From the NCBI GenBank assembly GCA_951406725.2, contig OX597828.1, positions 75,020,001 through 75,084,000 on the forward strand: DNA of 64,000 nucleotides, written 5' to 3'. Below, piece after piece: positions 61,388-64,000 of this stretch (positions are counted from its first letter, which is position 1; each line of letters begins with the position of its first letter). The translations under genes were made by a program, and so were the position numbers. The notes below the pieces were generated by a model. That model saw nothing but the letters and a program-made list of their open reading frames with translations, did no database searches and was not told the DNA's origin. This DNA is from Octopus vulgaris (taxonomy: Eukaryota).

Positions 61388-62304
61388 TGAGGTGTGTTTG
61401 AAAAGTATCAGACTTTATTTTTTCCCACCAAAACTAATGCTGCATGGAAAAAATCCTTTGGGTGGGAGATGATGCCATCCTTCCTGCACCTGTGTGAAAA
61501 CTTTTGTACGAGTTGGCCTCGTCAGTTCCTGGCAATTATGCCTGGAGTATAGACGTGTATTGTGCACTTGTCAGAATTTTGTTTTCCTGCACGATGACTG
61601 ACCACATTGACCAGGGACCATAAACTCGTGTCACATCACCAGAGATGATGATCTTCATGATGGTTGGGTCATGGCTTCCACAGTCCAACATGTCCTCAGT
61701 GATTTCCATGTGGAGTTGTTTCTGCTGTTCTGCCAACACCTTGGAGACAAATTTTACCAACACTCTCCACATGCACAAATCCTCCATTAAATGGAATACA
61801 TCAATTCTGTGCCTATTCCTGCTTCATGAGCAATTTCCTGCATTAATACACAATGGTCTTCCATGACTAATCACCAAACTTTCTCAATTGGTTCCTCGTT
61901 TCATCTTTTGAATTGCCTGCCTGAGCATGCCTCACTCTTCACTGAAGTGTAACCATGTTTAAAGCAGTTGTACCACTCCTTGATCTGAATTTTGCCCATG
62001 AAATCATTGTCAAAGGCTTGCTGAATTTTCTGGATGGTTTTAGCTTGAGTCTCACCAAATTTTTGACAAAACTTGAAGCCAAACCTCCGCTCAATGTGTT
62101 TGGTGAAAATGAAAATCCGACGAGTGTTCACAACTGATCTGTACTCTTGGTGTAACAACAGGGAACTGACATGGCCAACCAGCATGAAAATATTCGTGTA
62201 TATGCAGAAAGGATTGTCTCATCGCCCATCAAAAGAATTCTTCCCATGTGGCATTAGTTTTGGTGGGGAAAAAATAAAGTCTGATGCTTTTTGAATGCAC
62301 CTCA
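61388..62304 (-). mobile_element. Defective mariner transposon with inverted duplicated 5' end
   Basis: Minus strand IERRFGFKFCQKFGETQAKTIQKIQQAF..IKEWYNCFKHGYTSVKSEACSGR (HTH) and RVLVKFVSKVLAEQQKQL..IISGDVTRVYG (first catalytic D region). Termini tgaggtg.. / ..cacctca-TA. Confidence 0.85.
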
Positions 62305-62309
62305 TACAT

Positions 62310-62555
62310 AACTGAGTAATTATACTGTAACAGAGTAATTACAATGTAACTGAGTAATTATAATGCATCTGAGCAATTATAATGTAACTAAGTAATTATG
62401 AGCCATTGAGTGATTACATATAAGTGTGGAATTAGTTGTGACTGAGAAATTATATATAACAGAGCATTTGTATGTAAAGTGAGTAATTATAGACAGCTGA
62501 GTAATAACATATAACTGAATAATTATATATGGCTGAATAATTACATGTAATTGGG
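62310..62555. repeat. Degenerate ~19-20-bp tandem repeat (aactgagtaattata..gt); more copies at ~62830-62920
   Basis: gagtaatta / gagcaatta recurs about every 19-20 bp. Confidence 0.75.
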
Positions 62556-63221
62556 AAATTTTATGAAAAGAATTCTTGTTTTCAACATTAGAATTACATT
62601 TTATTAACAACATATTTTTCAAGAAGAAAAGAAGGAAAAAACATTAAAAGTATGGAAGATAAATTATTGAGAAAAAAACACCCCTTTAACTATCTTACAA
62701 GGGATAAAAACTAGGGTAGGCTGGGGGGATTAAGCAGCAGAAGATGGGTGGAGAAGGGAGTAGCAGGTTGTGCACCCCAGAACGAATGGTAGCATGTTTA
62801 GCTGTGCCTTGTGAACATGATTGCAAATGCATTACAATTACTAGATAATTACAACTGAGTAATTATACATAATGGAGTAATTTTAAGTAATTGAGTGATT
62901 ACATGTGATTAATTAATTATGTATTTTATGCTGTAAGCTTTTAAAATCTTGACCACAACTCACAGCCTTCCAGGGGTTTGCAAGGCCTTTGGTTGGGAAT
63001 GGTTACATTAAATAATAAAGTCTTAGACACTGCTAAAGCTATTGGATCGTCATGGCTGGATTAACTTTGATCATAGGTTTGGAGATGAACTGGCTGAAAC
63101 AGAAACAACAACAACAGCTGCATTGAAACCTCATATGGTCATTCAAGCTGTTAGATACTGCAGCCAAATTTTCTTTAAATCACACCCTCATAAATAAAAG
63201 AAGGGCACATTAGCTGATATA

Positions 63222-63337
63222 GAGACATTGCCAGATCGGATTGGAACCTGGTGCAGTCTCCTGGCTTACCAGTCCTCAAACCGTCCAACACATGCCAGCA
63301 TGGAAAGCGGATGTTAAACGATGATGATGATGATGAT
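63222..63337 (+). mobile_element. SINE family B, 3' fragment
   Basis: ttgccagatcggattgga..gcatggaaagcggatgttaaac(GAT)n. Confidence 0.85.
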
Positions 63338-63524
63338 TATATATATATATGTCTATTCGTTGATGTTGTCCTAGAATGACAACACCCAGGGTTGCACAAG
63401 TCAGAGAACAGTGAACCTGCTACACACGACAGAGACCAGAGATCAGTGGTGACAACTTGGAGAGAGTGGGGTCTCTCCAATAAGTTTGCATCAGTTAAGG
63501 GACCTTAATGATTAATATATATAT

Positions 63525-63903
63525 ATGTTGGTGGCACGTAAAAGCACCGTCCATTCGTGGCCGTTTGCCAGCTCTGTCTGGCCCCGGGTCGGTGGCATGT
63601 AAAAGCACCATCCGTTCGTGTCCGTTGCCAGCCTCGCCTGGCCCCGTGCCGGTGACACGTAAAAGCACCATCCGTTCGTGGCCGTTTGCCAGCTCTGTCT
63701 GGCACCTGTGCAGGTGGCACGTAAAAGCACCCACTACACTCACGGAGTGGTTGGCGTTAGGAAGGGCATCCAGCCGTAGAAACACTGCCAGATCTGACTG
63801 GGCCTGATGAAGCCTTCCAGCTTCACAGACCCCAGTTGAACCGTCCAACCCATGCTAGCATGGAGAACGGACGCTAAATGATGATGATGATGATGATGAT
63901 GAT
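63525..63903 (+). mobile_element. SINE family B with homogeneous internal ~60-bp repeats
   Basis: Four ggtggcacgtaaaagcac motifs, then gttggcgttaggaagggcatcc and a (GAT)n tail. Confidence 0.9.
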
Positions 63904-63917
63904 ATATATATATATAG

Positions 63918-64000
63918 ATGCAGGAGTGGCTGTGTGGTAAGTAGCCTGCTTACCAACCACATGGTTCCGGGTTCAGTCTCACTGCATGGCACCTTGGGTG
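63918..64000 (+). mobile_element. SINE family A, 5' end (cut by window edge)
   Basis: ggagtggctgtgtggtaagtagcctgcttaccaaccacatggttccgggttcagtc. Confidence 0.9.

Overview
AT-rich, repeat-saturated eukaryotic non-coding DNA. It is most likely intronic or intergenic sequence from an octopus or other coleoid cephalopod, an inference from the tRNA-derived SINE families and the extreme density of (TA)n/(CA)n/(AAT)n/(GAT)n microsatellites. I found no credible host protein-coding exon; nearly all ORFs in the track are translations of microsatellites or repeats. The window contains: (i) about 50 SINE copies of four families, which I label A-D; (ii) decayed LINE fragments of RLE/R4-Dong type, RTE and L1/Tx1 type, plus Penelope-like GIY-YIG remnants; (iii) DNA-transposon relics (mariner, a DD37D maT-type element, piggyBac-, hAT- and Tc1-type MITEs, a non-autonomous Helitron); (iv) a 5S rRNA pseudogene abutting a SINE; (v) a 13-bp minisatellite. 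The most notable signal is a set of sequence-unrelated 150-550 bp palindromic inserts in (TA)n tracts. Several carry minimal type-I hammerhead ribozyme motifs with a self-complementary stem III, and the copy at 40206-40289 (-) has an intact core. They look like non-autonomous, ribozyme-bearing Penelope pLTR derivatives. All coordinates were read by eye, so boundaries of decayed repeats are approximate.
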